Assembly: GCA_964234715.1 (NCBI GenBank)
Contig: OZ174277.1
Source: Podarcis melisellensis
Taxonomy: Eukaryota
Length of the DNA: 64,000 bases
Strand: one strand, 5' to 3'
Of the stretch, positions 36,671 through 49,849 are shown in pieces (position 1 is the stretch's first letter; each line of letters opens with the position of its first letter). A program made the translations under genes and the position numbers. The notes under the pieces were generated by a model that saw only the letters and a program-made list of their open reading frames with translations, was not told where the DNA came from and did not search any database.

Positions 36671-39600
36671 GTTACTTACAGAGAAATAAGGTTGGATGAG
36701 GATATGGGAGGAGCACATGTGCTTTCCTTTCCTTATATAGCCTACACATGTAAGCACTTAGGTGAAGGCAGGAAAAACAGAGTCATATTGGACAATACAG
36801 GCAACCTATGCATGTTGGTACAGTACCTGCAGTGGAGCTAGATTGAACCTTTACTATTACAAAGAATCTGTAACATTACTGATTATGATTGGACCAGGCG
36901 GTGAGGGCCACTCTATTCAGGCACCTGCTCTTCTCCAACAGGTGGTCATTACTATCAAAGCTGGAAATGCCAATCATTTGTTTGGGGGAGGGCATCCCCA
37001 ATTAAGGAACCTGGGATCAAAGTGTTAAATTAATAAAGTGATGTTTTGTACTATAGGAAAGGGCTCAAGGTACCAATTTCCTTTTGTGTGTCCCATAGTC
37101 CTGGGTAATCTTCCATGTCATTATAGGCATCTACTTACCATCTGTTATGACTGCTTCTCCCTGCTCCTTTTTCAGCTCTTCTGGCTTAAGGCTGAGCTCC
37201 ACTTGTTCTTCTGTAATTCCATTAATAATGGATATCTGTCCATTCTTCTGTAAAAGCTGCACAGGCCAAGGGAGAGATTGGAGGAAGAAAGAAAGCAACA
37301 ACTTTTGTAAGTCAAGCCTTGTGCTGGAGGGGGGGGGGGGAAATCACAATTACTTATTTTCTTCATAGAGATGAACGTGCTTTATCATTTATAAAATACA
37401 TTATGTGCTACAGGCTGTTTTAAAATATTGTCGACCCACATTTCAGCATAAACTGCATTTTTTTAACAAAACTGTAACGCTAGACATCTCTAAAATCTTT
37501 AAAAAGTATGAAATACAGGATAGCAGAATCAAGCACAGATCAACTTGCTCAAAATAAAACATCAGGGGTCAACTCTCAGGATGAAATTTGGGAGAAGTAC
37601 TATGTACAGTTAGTATTTATACTCTTTACCTTATTGGTATCCAGGCCAAATATGGGCCTTGATAGCTTTAGATAATGGTGGGATGGGTGTCATAAACATT
37701 CCTTGTGTCTCTCTGACTTCTATACCGCCATACAAAGAATTACATGATACAAGGTAAAAAGACAGATCCTATTCCTCAAAGAAAGCACCAGGTAAAATAA
37801 ACAAAAGTACACAATAAGTCATTATCTATGACGACTCTACAATGATACAACTGTAACCATAGACATGCCAGCTATATGCAAAATTTTAAAAACTGTCAGA
37901 ATATATTGTTTATCTTCTTACTGTGGAAAAAAAATCACAAAGTAAAAGTTATGACAGCATATTTACTTCTCTAAATATTTTTGGATTAATGATGCACAGA
38001 CTCTTTTGGAAAGGTACATTCTCCCACAGCACTAACTTTGTGGGTCAATTCAATCTGTCCCACTGCATTAGCACCTCACAACTACTTATTTTACTTTGCA
38101 CTCACATTAACTGCCTCATTTCTCAGAAAGATCTGTTCTGCAATTTAATCCAATTATGTCAACTATATTAAAGCAGTGTACTCAATTCCATGTGGAATGA
38201 CTCAACTCAGTCAGATTCAAAGCAATTGTTTTGGAACATGGCTGAGAAGCACAAAAACTTAGCTAAGAACACGCAAATGAGGAATACAGGAAATAGCACT
38301 ATGTCAGTTTTATATTATTTATTCATTTATTGACATTTTCTGCTACCTTTGTTGAGGAGAGGTCATACTATATTTAATCCTAACAAAACCAAAGGCTTAT
38401 CCAAAGTCGCTCACTTAGCTTCATGGGGGAAACACGGATTTGCATAACATCATTAAAAATGCATGCTGCATGAGCCAGCAATTCATTTACTGCTCACTTG
38501 ACCTCTATGTACTCTTTAACATTTGTGTACTTGGGTAACTTATTTTCACACCAAGGATCACTGTCTGAAATTTTCATCCAACACAAAGAACACATTGCTT
38601 AAGGTTCTTTGCTTGATGTTTGTTTACACTGCAATAGCCTGTTCAACACTGTTTTTTGCAGCCATCCAGACAGGCAGTTATGGGAAGCAGTGCACTGGCA
38701 TTTAGATGCATGTGCACTAGAGTCAAAACGCAAGTTCTAGAAACTTGACCAAGGACTGGAATGAGAAGAATTCTAGTACATGTGCACACACTAATGAGAT
38801 ATATCCCCCAAAGGCAAAATAGGGATACTTGTTTTAACAAGAAAATAAAAGTAAAAACAGGGACCGACTTTGGTGAGGATGGCTGAAAGCTTTGAGGTTG
38901 CTACCAGATGACGTGTTTCTTGAAAATTCATCCCAGGTTACATGATGCGGGGGGGGGGGTATACAAGGCTGCATCATGCAAGTACTTAGCCCACATTCTC
39001 CAAAGTGTTTTCCTGTCACTTTCTTTACTGGAAAAAGTCTGATTCTTTTTTTTCCTTTTGCCAAATACACTTTAATTGTACAACCTGAGTTTGCCAGTGT
39101 GCAACTGAATGTAATCCACAAAAGAACAACAGTTTGGAAATGCCCAGAGGTCCAGGGTTATTCCTTCCATATTCATACAATACATAAAAACTATGGGTGG
39201 AACCCAATTGATGTTCTTGGGCTCACAGAAGAGCTTTCAACGTAGTGAAGGCATCTGTTAACAGAAGATGAGAGGATTATTGCCTATTCTGCCTGCAGGC
39301 CCTAAAGCCATCTTCCACCTTGCACCAAGCGGATTCCACCCTATTATTTTCTAAAGCGAAAACTGATGAAACAATTGGCTTTAAAACACACAATGAATTG
39401 TATTCAAATGGGTTGCATCCTTCTAAGAATGGAAGGGAAACTAATGTCTGCTGACTTTCCATTCCGCCTTTGTTCCCCTCAACTTATCATCTCCTCAAAT
39501 ATAGCATTCAGAAACTCAGTATTAGCATGCTGATGAATGTAGCAAGCTTTGCCCATTATTCTCAGAGAATCCGGCAGATATAGCTATGTCTTCCTCCACT

Positions 39601-41778
39601 TCTAATCACCATCATTCCCAACATTCCTCATGCCAGACCCAGGATCATTCCAAGGATTCCACATACCAGGCCCAAATGCATTAGTGCTAATTTTGCCTCC
39701 TTGTCTTAATCCTTCTACATCAGTTCTACTACAGATTCCTAAAATAAGCTAGATCCAGCTGTCTGAACAACTGATTAAACTAAATGGCATACTGAAATAT
39801 TTTTCCACACTGTTAAAATGTCTGTGTTGATAGATTACTCAGCTGCACCATACCCTGTAAGATTTGAAAATCCTTAAGTGACACTGTAGTAACCATTTCA
39901 GTATTGATTATATCACCCTAGTTTATAGACTGAAAGCAGTTCAGCAGAAATGGAAAGAGCAAAATAACGGTGAGAGTCTTCAAACTCACACATTATTTTT
40001 AAAAGCAACAAAAAACTAACATGAGAGCCTTTCTGCATGAGCCAAAAAAATCTAACACTAATCAAATCCAACCATTTCCCATAAAAATCAATCCATTGCA
40101 AGCAAGTAGTTAGCCTCCATACGGTCACTATAAAGATTTTACTGGTAAGAAAAAAACAGAAGTGCTTCAAGATCAAATGAGCCCAATCTAAACAAAATCA
40201 CACATTTCCTCACATTCTTGCCAGTTTTGCTTGCTGCAGCAGGCATTAGGAAGAAGAAGATGGGAGAGCAAGAGGCGAAAGGGTTGAATACCCCCTGCTC
40301 TCTCAAAGCTCTGGCAGTGGTGGCTGGTCAGTCCCAATTCTAAATCCACACCAAATAACTATCCTAGTTTAATAGTGAACTAAAAGAGCAACCTGAATAA
40401 TATATCTCCATATTAGCTACCCAGGCGCAAGTGCATAGTTCAAGTGAGAAAAAGGGCAACCACACCAATCCACTGTTTGGGGGTATTATTTACTGGGTTT
40501 TAATATATTGTTTAAATTTTATTACAGTTTAATCAATGATTATATTTTATGTTTATATGTGTATTGTTTTTATTTGTGTAAGCCACCTTGAATCCCGGTC
40601 CAGGAAAAAGGTGAGATATAAATAAATATAACAACAACAATAATAATAATATGACAGACACAATCCAGCTCCCCTTGCCTTTCTTAGGAGCAACTGCATC
40701 AGTAAAATGTTCAGGAGTGATGTGAATGATTGGTCTCTATTCAGATTCCTCTTGTAAGTCACTTTGATTTACTTTTGCTTAAAAAGTGGTTAGTAAGTTT
40801 GATAAATAATAACAAGGCAATTGTAGTTCTACGTGGACAAACTTTCAATGTTAATGAAAACAGTAATAGTTACTGATTTTCTTTCTTTTTTAAATTAACA
40901 AGCATTTCAGATAGTTCTAAATCCCTTAGCTCAGAAGTGGAAACAATATATAAATACTGTATGGTTATCAAGGGTATTGATAGTTATTCCGGTGGAGATT
41001 ACAAAGATTTCAAGGAGCTAAATACAGCCAACAGATATACACATCAGCAGGCCCAAAAACCAGTTAGAGAGCATCCTCTACCTTTTGTGAGTGCTCAGTC
41101 ACTGAACCACCCTGGTGAGATCACCCAGGCAACTGTTTTCATTACAGAGGGGATAATTGTTTTCAAGCACTCAAATTGTTGGCCCAAGTTCCTGGTGATC
41201 TGCAAAAATCTGCCTATTGGATGGTGTTTTTAGTCTGACATATCTCAGAAGGTTCCTTACCCATGCTTTTGTGAATGTCCTGCAAATATAAAATCATCAC
41301 ACTCAACACAGAAGGCTGTTGATGTTGGATGTTATATGCTCAATCTTTTTAGGATTCAGCCACAAAACTTGCACAATTAAACAATGGGAAAGTAACATTT
41401 AATATGCCTGGCACTAATAAAGCACACGAGGAAGAGTTTTAACCCCATGGGAAAAAAACCCATGCTTTGTCTTAATTTTTCTTTGGCAGCTTCAGTCACC
41501 ACAAAATAAAAAAAATCTAGTACCAATACAATTTTAAAAAGTTTGTCATATATCAGAGCATATTTTTAAAGAGCACGGGATGCCCTTAATATGGTTTAAA
41601 GTCCAGAACAGCCAACCCTTTTGCTTGTAAACTGATTTGAAGTATCAGCTTTGCCTAGAAGTCTCCATTTTTCTGTAGGATATAAAGCAATAGAATTGAT
41701 GCCCCCAAGACTGGTGAAACAACATTTTGCCATAAAATAAAAGCAATGAAATTAAGCAGTTAAGCAATAAAAATGATG

Positions 41779-41958
41779 CATCAGATGTCAAGGAAACAAA
41801 CAACTATCTGACTTTTAGAAGACAACTGAATGTAGCCGTTTAGGGAAGTTTTTAATGTTTTGAGGTTTTATTCTGCTTTAGTGTTCTGTTGGGAGCCACC
41901 CAGAGTGGCTGGGGAAACCCAGCCAGGTGGGCGGGGTATAAATAATGATGATGATGCA
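41779..41958 (+). mobile_element. L2-type LINE 3' end
   Basis: Same 3' sequence as 19863-20099, with an (ATG)n tail; atgatgca at both junctions. Confidence 0.85.
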
Positions 41959-42152
41959 AGTTTCAGGTGAGGTGCTATCAGAACTATATTAAAGCACACA
42001 AAAAGATTCCTCAACGTGTATCAGTTTGGCAAGTCAAGAGAGTTAAGTACAAACTTGAAATTGCATCCCCCTTCCATGTTGCCTAGTTCTTCCAGCCCTC
42101 CTAAGAGAAATGTGGGACATACTTCTACATAATCTTCACTATTGGGGCATGC

Positions 42153-42460
42153 TCTTAAAATTACTCTTCCAATGCTAATTTGTCAGTCAGTCAGTCAGTC
42201 AGTCAGTTTTATTGCACTTAGCCAAAGGCTGCCGCAATGTACACAGAATTATTTGACAATTAAAAGAAAATATACTGAATTGGTAAAAAAGACTTAAAAC
42301 ATTTATATTATTAAAACATTACGTACTCTAAACAGAGCTATAAAAGTACCCCCATGTACAAATAAAAACCAATGCTACTTTGCCTCTATCTGGTTCCTAC
42401 ACACGGATGTGTGTAGGAACCAGGTAGAGGCAAAGTAGCATTGGAAGAGTGATTCTAAGA
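42153..42460. repeat. Long palindrome (about 52-bp arms, 4-nt loop) interrupted by a retroposon fragment
   Basis: 42369-42404 is the reverse complement of 42409-42444 with 1 mismatch; 42153-42182 pairs with 42431-42460. Confidence 0.85.
42183..42368 (-). mobile_element. Short LINE-like 3' fragment with (CTGA)n tail
   Basis: 14-bp TSD ccaatgcta(a/c)tttg (42169-82, 42369-82); - strand ends ...ggctaagtgcAATAAAa(ctga)n. Family not determined. Confidence 0.7.
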
Positions 42461-42574
42461 TCCTCAAATCTACATATTACTTCCTGATTGAGCTGGTCTT
42501 GCAACAGGGAGAGGCCCACCAGCTTGCCCTCCCATTTAGCAACCTCAGTGAAACTGGTATATTTTCTTTAATCT

Positions 42575-42770
42575 TAACTAAGCACTAGTCCAACCACATC
42601 TAGAGTATTCATGTCCAGTTCCGGACACCACATCTGAAGAAAGATATAAACAAATTGGAATATGTTCAGAAGAGAACAATGAATACAGTATGGTCAACAT
42701 TACGGAAAGCAGGTCCTAGGAGGAAAGGCTGGAGGAACTGAGTATATTTAGTCAAGCGAAGAGACATGAT
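42575..42770 (+). mobile_element. Old CR1 ORF2 fragment
   Basis: ALVQPHLEY...PHLKKDINKLEYVQKR, homologous to the CR1 segment at 29100-29240. Confidence 0.7.
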
Positions 42771-42890
42771 TGATTTTAGTTCAATATTTCTCTTACTTGC
42801 TTTTGTTTCAACATTTTGCTCTTAGCTATTTGCTGATTTCTCTCTGGATCAGATTCTGAGTTTTGGATCTGGTTCTAACTAGTATCTAGA

Positions 42891-43366
42891 GTAGTGGTTC
42901 CGAACCTGGGGGGCCAAAGAATTATCCCAAGAGGTCTGTGAAGCCCTGTACCGAAGCTTACTTTTAAACAGAAAGTTGGTGAAGAAAGCAAGCTGTGGCA
43001 GGATTATCCCTGCACGCTTAGGTGCATGTTCAGGTTGCTTCTGTCTGCCAGCACTAAGCACTTTCTTCCTCCTGTGCTGGGGATAGCTGCAGGCTGGAAA
43101 AAATGGGTGAGGAGGACTGGTGGAGATATCACCACATGTTCAGGCAAATGCTGCCTATCAGATAGAGGCAATCATCTCCTTTGCCCCATATGCTGGTGCT
43201 TGCTTTTAAAAAAAATAAGGTTGGGGGAAGAAGAAAGGAGCAGCGGGAGTATCCATTATACATGTTGATTATGTATTTGGTCAATTAACAGAACCTAAAA
43301 TTAAAACAATCAGCATGTGGGGGTCTTGAGATTAAAAAGGGGTCCTCATAAACATTGGAACCACCT
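42891..43366. mobile_element. Probable non-autonomous hAT element
   Basis: Termini tagtggttccgaac / ttggaaccac; TSD not clear. Confidence 0.45.
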
Positions 43367-43370
43367 AGGG

Positions 43371-43880
43371 CAGAGATTTTCAAACTTTTGGGTCTACAGC
43401 TCCCTTGACCAACTACATTCTTTCTGCAGCTCCCCTGTGGGACTCAGGAACCCAGTTATGTCACCCATTGCCTGCAGAGCTGGCAGCTTGCCACCCTTTT
43501 ATGAATACCCTTGTGGAGTGTTCCCTCAGCTTCCTCTCCATTCCCTTCTCCTTGGGAGTCCTCTGGGCAGCAGCCGCCGCCCCTGGTGTCTGAACTGCCC
43601 CCTTGCCCCATCCTGAGGTGCCTCCTCACGTTGTCCCACAGGGGCTTGGGACTTGTCCGTCCATTCCCAGCAGCAAGGAATCCTGGACTGGCTGGCTAAG
43701 TCCACTTACTTGCTCTGAGCCCACATCAGCTCCTGGTAACCAGCACCCCCTGGCCAGCCCCAGAGGCACTATTTGCCTGCAGAGCTTGTAGCCAGGGCTG
43801 CTGCACCAACAGCCACACAAGCCTTTGGGAGGCAGAGACATGAGAGAGCATCAGAGGAGAGAGAGAAGAGAAAGGAGAGA
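43371..43880. mobile_element. Non-autonomous hAT element (same family as 58345-58730, opposite orientation, one end missing)
   Basis: cagagattttcaaacttttgggtctacagctcccttgaccaactacatt... aligns by eye with the reverse complement of 58730-58540. Confidence 0.75.
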
Positions 43881-45065
43881 GATCTCAATAGATCCCAAAG
43901 AATTGGAAAATCTGGTACCATCTAATGTTTTAAAATTATTGTGGAACGTTGGTAAAAGCATAGTTCTTCTTTGTTAGGGATTCTTTTAGAAAGGAAAACA
44001 GAGTGAAATCCACATACGTACAACTTTAATTTTGGTGGGATCAGGATTTTCTCCAAAGTAGCTGGAGGACAAGACACTCATTATTTCAGAGTTGTACATG
44101 TGTAGATTTCAATCTGTCAATATTTTTGAAGAACTGTTAACCCACAAAGAAGCTTGGGGTGGGGGAAAAGAAAATAAGTGTTTCGAAATACTCTTTATTT
44201 TTTGTGGCATTAAGAAGCATTTTTCAGAGTCTGGCAACTATGTGAAAGTTTACTTTAGAACTAGTGAGCAGGAAGTGAAGCTAGGAATCATTTGAAAAAG
44301 GTATTAAAAATAAGGTTTCATATCACAAAATGCAATAAATCTATAATCCCAATAATATTTCTACAGCAATATGCAGATTCCATTTCTGTATTAAGATAAT
44401 GAAACAAATTAACACTAGGGCACCTTATCCCATCTTTATTACTATAGCCTAAACTCTTGATGGTAATAATCAGGAGAGACCACTTCCTATATGCCATCTA
44501 GTGCCAATTCACAAATATACGAAACTTGCACAATTAGAAACATAGGAAGCAGGGGTAGCTAAACATTTTGACTCAGATGGTTGCATTGTCTTTGGAGTAA
44601 ATTCTCTGGGGCTGGCCACATCTGAAAATGGACAAGCATGCAGTTAAACCCTATCATGACAGGCCCTGACCGAACATTGGCCAACAAATCCTCTGAAGAC
44701 CTGGTTCGCATGATTTTCAACCCAGGTGACAGAGCCTCCAACACTAGCCCTGAAATGTCCACCCCCAAGGAATGCCCTAGAAGGACCCTCTGGGTAGGTT
44801 CCTGACTTACCTCTAGCATAGGAACCACTGGCTGAGTTAGATGTTGAGTCACATCCAACCCTTGAGAGCAGAAATGCCAGAAAGTCCAAGCTCAGGCAGC
44901 TGGTTGATGATGGGAGTGCACATCTGAGAGTCCAATGTCATCATGTGACTGTTGAGGAAGCAGCTGCTTGTAAGTAACAACACTCCTCTCCAAGGGTAAA
45001 GACTCATACAGCAGACTCAAGAACTTGCAGTAGGTGTTGGAGGTGATCTGAGAGACCATGTTATA

Positions 45066-45307
45066 CACTTGTACCTCTGGTTACGAACTTAATTAGTTCT
45101 AGAGGTCCGTTCTTAACCTGAAACTGTTCTTAACCTGAAGTACCACTTTAGTTAATGGGGCATCCTGCTGCCGCCGAGCCACCAGTGCACGATTTCTGTT
45201 CTCATCCTGAAGCAAAGTTTTTAACCCAAGGTACTACTTCTGGGTTAGCGGAGTCTGTAACCCGAAGTGTTTGTAACCCGAGGTGTTTGTAACCAGAGGT
45301 ACCACTG
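45066..45307. mobile_element. MITE family A
   Basis: TA flanks at 45064-65 and 45308-09; TIR ...ccagaggtaccactg; interior matches 10086 and 59379. Confidence 0.9.
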
Positions 45308-46092
45308 TACCAGGCTTCAGTTGGAACCTGCCAGTTACTGGAAACAATGCAGGTCATCTAGTTTCTTACACTTGAATCTCACTCCTTTGTCTTGCCATGC
45401 TTTTTTCTGGATCTCTTCAGTTGTTCATTCTTGCCTATTGATTCTACTCCTGAGTTATGTTTAAAAGGAACAAATAAGTACGGCTGCAACCTTCCTGTTC
45501 ACAGCACAAATCCAAGGTGGCTTTAGCACTGAAAATACAATCCCCTTCTCTTAGCATTGTTCAAAGATATGTTGACCTCATACTCATGTCTGCCAGAATT
45601 GATAACTTTCCCATTTTTTCTTTTTAAATTGGCACTCTACATTCTTAACAAGTTTAGCTAGTGCAGAACAAGGAAACGAGGGTGTCAAGTTTTGGTTTCT
45701 TTTTCCAAGCTAATGCCTCTGTAACAGCAGGAGTACATACACATGTGCAACCCATCTACTAGGAATCATATTTTTATCGTTTCAGTTTGTCTTTTAGTAA
45801 AATGCATTTCCAACTGAATTGCAGAGCTGGACTTGAGTAGCACTGTTTTACCTTCAATTTTTATAATGTTTCAAATATCCCATATTACATTTCCTTTCCT
45901 GTCTAGTAAAGAATAGCACTTGCCAGGTGAACCTAATGTCAAACAAGCAATATAATATTGCACTCTCTTTTCTTTGTAAATTTATAGATGACAGCTTTGG
46001 GATTCAGGCAGGGCAACAGAATTCTACCTACTCTGTGGTATAAAAGTATTGTTTCAATAGCTTTTAAAATGAAATAGTCCATCCATTATAAG

Positions 46093-46209
46093 TTTTATTA
46101 ATGTGTAATGTTTTATTATGTTTTTATATATGTTGGAAGCCACCCAGAGTGGCTGGGGTGACCCAATCAGATGGCCGGGTACAAATAAAAGAATCATAAT
46201 CATAATAAT
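46093..46209 (+). mobile_element. L2-type LINE 3' tail
   Basis: ggaagccacccagagtggctgggg...cagatggccgggtacaaataaa followed by an (atcata)/(ata) repeat. Confidence 0.75.
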
Positions 46210-46623
46210 TCATTTTTATAACTATATTCTCAAATATGAACTCTTAATACTATGCAAACGTTTTACTGTATGGTATGCTGTATTCTGAACATGCTAAATT
46301 CTCATTTCTGACATTCAAAATGTTCCTGATAGGATGTCTCTTAGTTAGGAAAGGCCTTGTTGTAATTAGACCACAGGTGTGGTAAAACATCACTTAATTT
46401 ATCATAAGGAAAAATAATGATTCTATAAGCCAAATATTTTAAAATGTAACACATTATTTAATCTTGTTTTTGAGAATTGGTGTGTAGTGCTAAACATATG
46501 ATTTATGATTCTGCAGTCTCTCCCACTTTTTACCTGTGACAAACTGCAACCTGAATGAAATTATGCACTACAGATAATTCACAACTTTCCTGAGTTTAAC
46601 ATGTATGATTTCAACATTAAGTA

Positions 46624-46983
46624 CAGCGGTGCCCCGCAAAACGAACGCCTTGCAAGACGAAAAACCCGCTAGACGAAAGGGTTTTCCGTTTTGGAGGCGC
46701 TTCGCAAAACGAATTTCCCTATGGGGTTGCTTCGCAAGACGAAAAAAAACTTGCATCCCCCTCCCCGTGGGTTTTTTCCGCTTTTTCTGCCCTTTTCTTA
46801 AGCCGCTAAGCCGCTTATCAGCTGTTCCGCTGATAAGCCGCTTAACAGCTGATCGCTGGAAGCCGCTTGACAGCTGTAGCGCTAATCCGCTAAGCTGTCA
46901 ATGGGCTTGCTTCTCAAGACGAAAAAACCGCTAGACGAAGAGAATTGCGGAACGGATTATTTTCGTCTTGCGAGGCACCACTG
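46624..46983. mobile_element. 360-bp MITE with family C termini
   Basis: TA flanks; TIRs cagcggtgccccgcaa / cttgcgaggcaccactg; shares termini with 21184-22295 but has an unrelated (aagccgct)-repeat interior. Confidence 0.9.
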
Positions 46984-47535
46984 TAGTTGAAAGCTAGATG
47001 GTTGAAACTGCACATGGTTGAAACACATGGAAGGCAGAGTTTAAAAGCTCTTTTTGTGCATCTGGTTGACACAATAAAGCCACCAGAAGTCCATGTGCAA
47101 TGCTCAGACATCTCTCCATTTTTGCAAAAGGAAGCAACAGAATGACTGACAGCTATCCAAAGTTAGGCCAGGAAGGAGCAGACACACTGTCATTCCCTAG
47201 ACTCCACTGGCTGTGTTGGCCAGGATACAAGGTGGAGGTGGGTTTTTTCATGTTTGTGCTATGGCAGCTCCCATCTGGCATAGATGAGTGATGTAAGGAT
47301 TGGGCCCTTGGGAGATCTGCAGGCACAGCTGCAACTTCCATGGAGGCTAGGAGAGAAACACTGATATTCCATCCTAATCCCTCCAGACATCAACATCAAG
47401 GGGGGCAAGGGATAGGCATGAGCTCAAAGCCACATTTCTTCATCAAGATGCATGCAGACAGTCTTACTAATGTTCAGACAAAGTAATTTATTGCCTGGAA
47501 CAAATAACTCTGCAAAAGAATTAATTTAAGAATGG

Positions 47536-48345
47536 GCAGCATGGGAGATGTTATAGAACCAGGATTTAAAGTTTACAGCATGCGATACTGTGAAAGAAAA
47601 CAATATGAAAATGGTGTGCTGTTGGTATTTAACCTCCAGTAAATTAGCTAAAATGTATAAATCAAGATCAATGCATGCTGGAAATGTAAAGAAAAAGAGG
47701 GCACCCTTTATCACATGTAGCGAGCATGTTAAGTAGTAAAAGAATTCTAGGAGATGATATATAATGAGTTGAAAAAAATGTTCAAAATAACCTTTTCTAA
47801 GAAACCAGAAGCTTTTCTTTTAGGAATTCTCGGTGCTGAAAATCCAAGTGGCCAGAAGAGATCATTTAATTATTGGTGGTGATTTTGGACATTAAGGAAA
47901 TGTATATAAAGCTGCCTGAACTTTTGTTAGCCCAGAGATGGAAAGAAAAGACAGTCCCTACCAAAGAAGAATGGCAGATAAAACTGATGGTTATGCTGAA
48001 ATGACAAAACTGACCAGAAGAATTAGGAACCTGGAAGATTTATATTTTAATAAGAAATGGGGAAAGTACGGTATATATTGTATCTTAAAAAACTATTGTA
48101 AACAATTAAAATCCTTAGTAGGATTAAATAATTAGTAGGATTGATATAACACTTGTAGCTAAAAGCTGAAGTATGGATTATTTATAAACTTGATAAAATT
48201 GGAGTAATAGTGGAAATGCAGGAGAAAATGCCGGCACAAGGACCTACAAAAGGGGGAAGGGAAATCAAAGGGGATTCAATGCTTATATTTTAAATGTGTT
48301 CTTTCTTGTTGTTTGTAAACCTCAAAATGAAAATTGTGTGTGTGT
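47536..48345 (+). mobile_element. 5'-truncated L1 (ORF2 C-terminus with zinc knuckle, plus 3'UTR)
   Basis: CWKCKEKEGTLYHM, IYNELKKMFKITFSKKPEAFLLGI, AQRWKEKTVPTKEEWQ; 18-bp TSD gaattaattta(a/g)gaatgg (47518-35, 48346-63). Confidence 0.88.
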
Positions 48346-49849
48346 GAATTAATTTAGGAATGGATGGGAATTTGTAGAATAAATCCAATTATAACTTTAA
48401 AGAATGTATCCACATAAGAATAATCCTTGATACATCTGAATATATAGCTATGGGTGGATTCCAGTGCTGTTTTCATTGTGCTCGGGTAACACTGGGAAAG
48501 CATGTGGGTGGGGATTATATACACCTCTGTCCTACCTTAGTATCTATTTATTGTGTTCTAAATATTTTCCAAGCTACCTCAAGAATTCTGGTTAATAGGT
48601 ACGAATAAATATTCCTAAATAACACCTAAATATAACAAAAGATACATTTCCCAGTTTTGTTCAACTGTTATTTTCTTTTAGGTTTACCTTGGCACTAAAA
48701 AAAATGGGGAGGGGACTAGCTGCAAGAATGGACCTCAGAGAATGTGAATGCAGTAAGAATGGAACTGCATTGCCTCAGCCACATCAGAATTGCTTACTAA
48801 GAAGGCTTTTAATTATGCATCTTCTCCAAGGTCAGCTAAAAATACCACATGTACCCTTCACATACAAAGAGGAGAGATAAACAGAAAGCAGGGGTTCCCT
48901 TATAAAATATGTTTGTGTGTCTACAAGAAAATGAGAATGCTTTGCAGAGCAAGGGTGTGGGTCAAAGCTTCATTGCAAGTACTGTAAATAACAGTACCAG
49001 ATTCCAAATATAATTTGCCTGTCCTAAATCTGTGTTATTCTAATCATCAGTTACAAAACAAAGGGGAAACTGACTTCAAGCTCCCTGTGATTCTCACCTC
49101 TGCTAAAGCCACTAAAATGGATACTGACAACAGCCTTACAAGGAGAAACCACAGACAAGGAACAGTTTATTGATTTGGATGTATTTAGACATTCAACAAA
49201 GGAAAGCATTTTCAGCTGTTCTGTAAACCCATGACTTAACTATGTCTTTAAACAATCCGTGTATTTAAGAAAACAAATATTTACAAGGCAGCATATAAAA
49301 GATTCAAAAGAATGAATTGAATATATTTATTTTTCTCTATTTCACAACATTTATATACTGCTTGATTATATTGGGGGTATACAATTTTTGTAAGTTCTTC
49401 CTATTCCTCTTTAAAAAGTCAACTTTCTTTCAAAAACAAATTTCCATTATATTTTCTCTATATACATTTGCACAGAAACAAAGGTCTCAAGAATATGTTT
49501 CAACTGTCTCTTCAATAAGCACATGTATCCTGTACACGGGTTGGGGATTAAACATGACAATTTTTTTTAAAGAAAATTGCCTAAACTTCAAATACATTTC
49601 CTTAATGTCAAAAATCACCACCAGTTAATAAATTATTCCATATTTGAAAAAAGAAGACAACTTTTCTTTGACCAATTCTGTTTTAGGACCTGTTGCACTT
49701 AACATGGGGGGGGGGGGAATAACCTGCTACTTGTCCAATTTTAGTAAAATATTTTTGAAATATAATAAGACATCAACAGAGGATAATTTTTTTAATGGTA
49801 ATAAGTTTCAAAAATGATTTAAGTGACAGACCAGCTGCTGGCATTCTTG

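Noticed and set aside
37646-37655. Perfect CArG box CCAAATATGG (AKAP12alpha is a known SRF target)
   Set aside because: Several such 10-mers are expected by chance in 64 kb of AT-rich DNA; no supporting context.
44811-44966. Strong - strand donor GAG|gtaagt at 44810, phase-compatible with the AKAP12 main exon
   Set aside because: The compatible frame has no ATG and a TGA at 44940-44938, and does not resemble AKAP12alpha. It could be a non-coding or cryptic exon but is unsupported.
46790-46900. Short interspaced aagccgct repeats, superficially array-like
   Set aside because: 8-bp units with irregular spacing inside a TA-flanked MITE in a vertebrate genome; not a CRISPR array.
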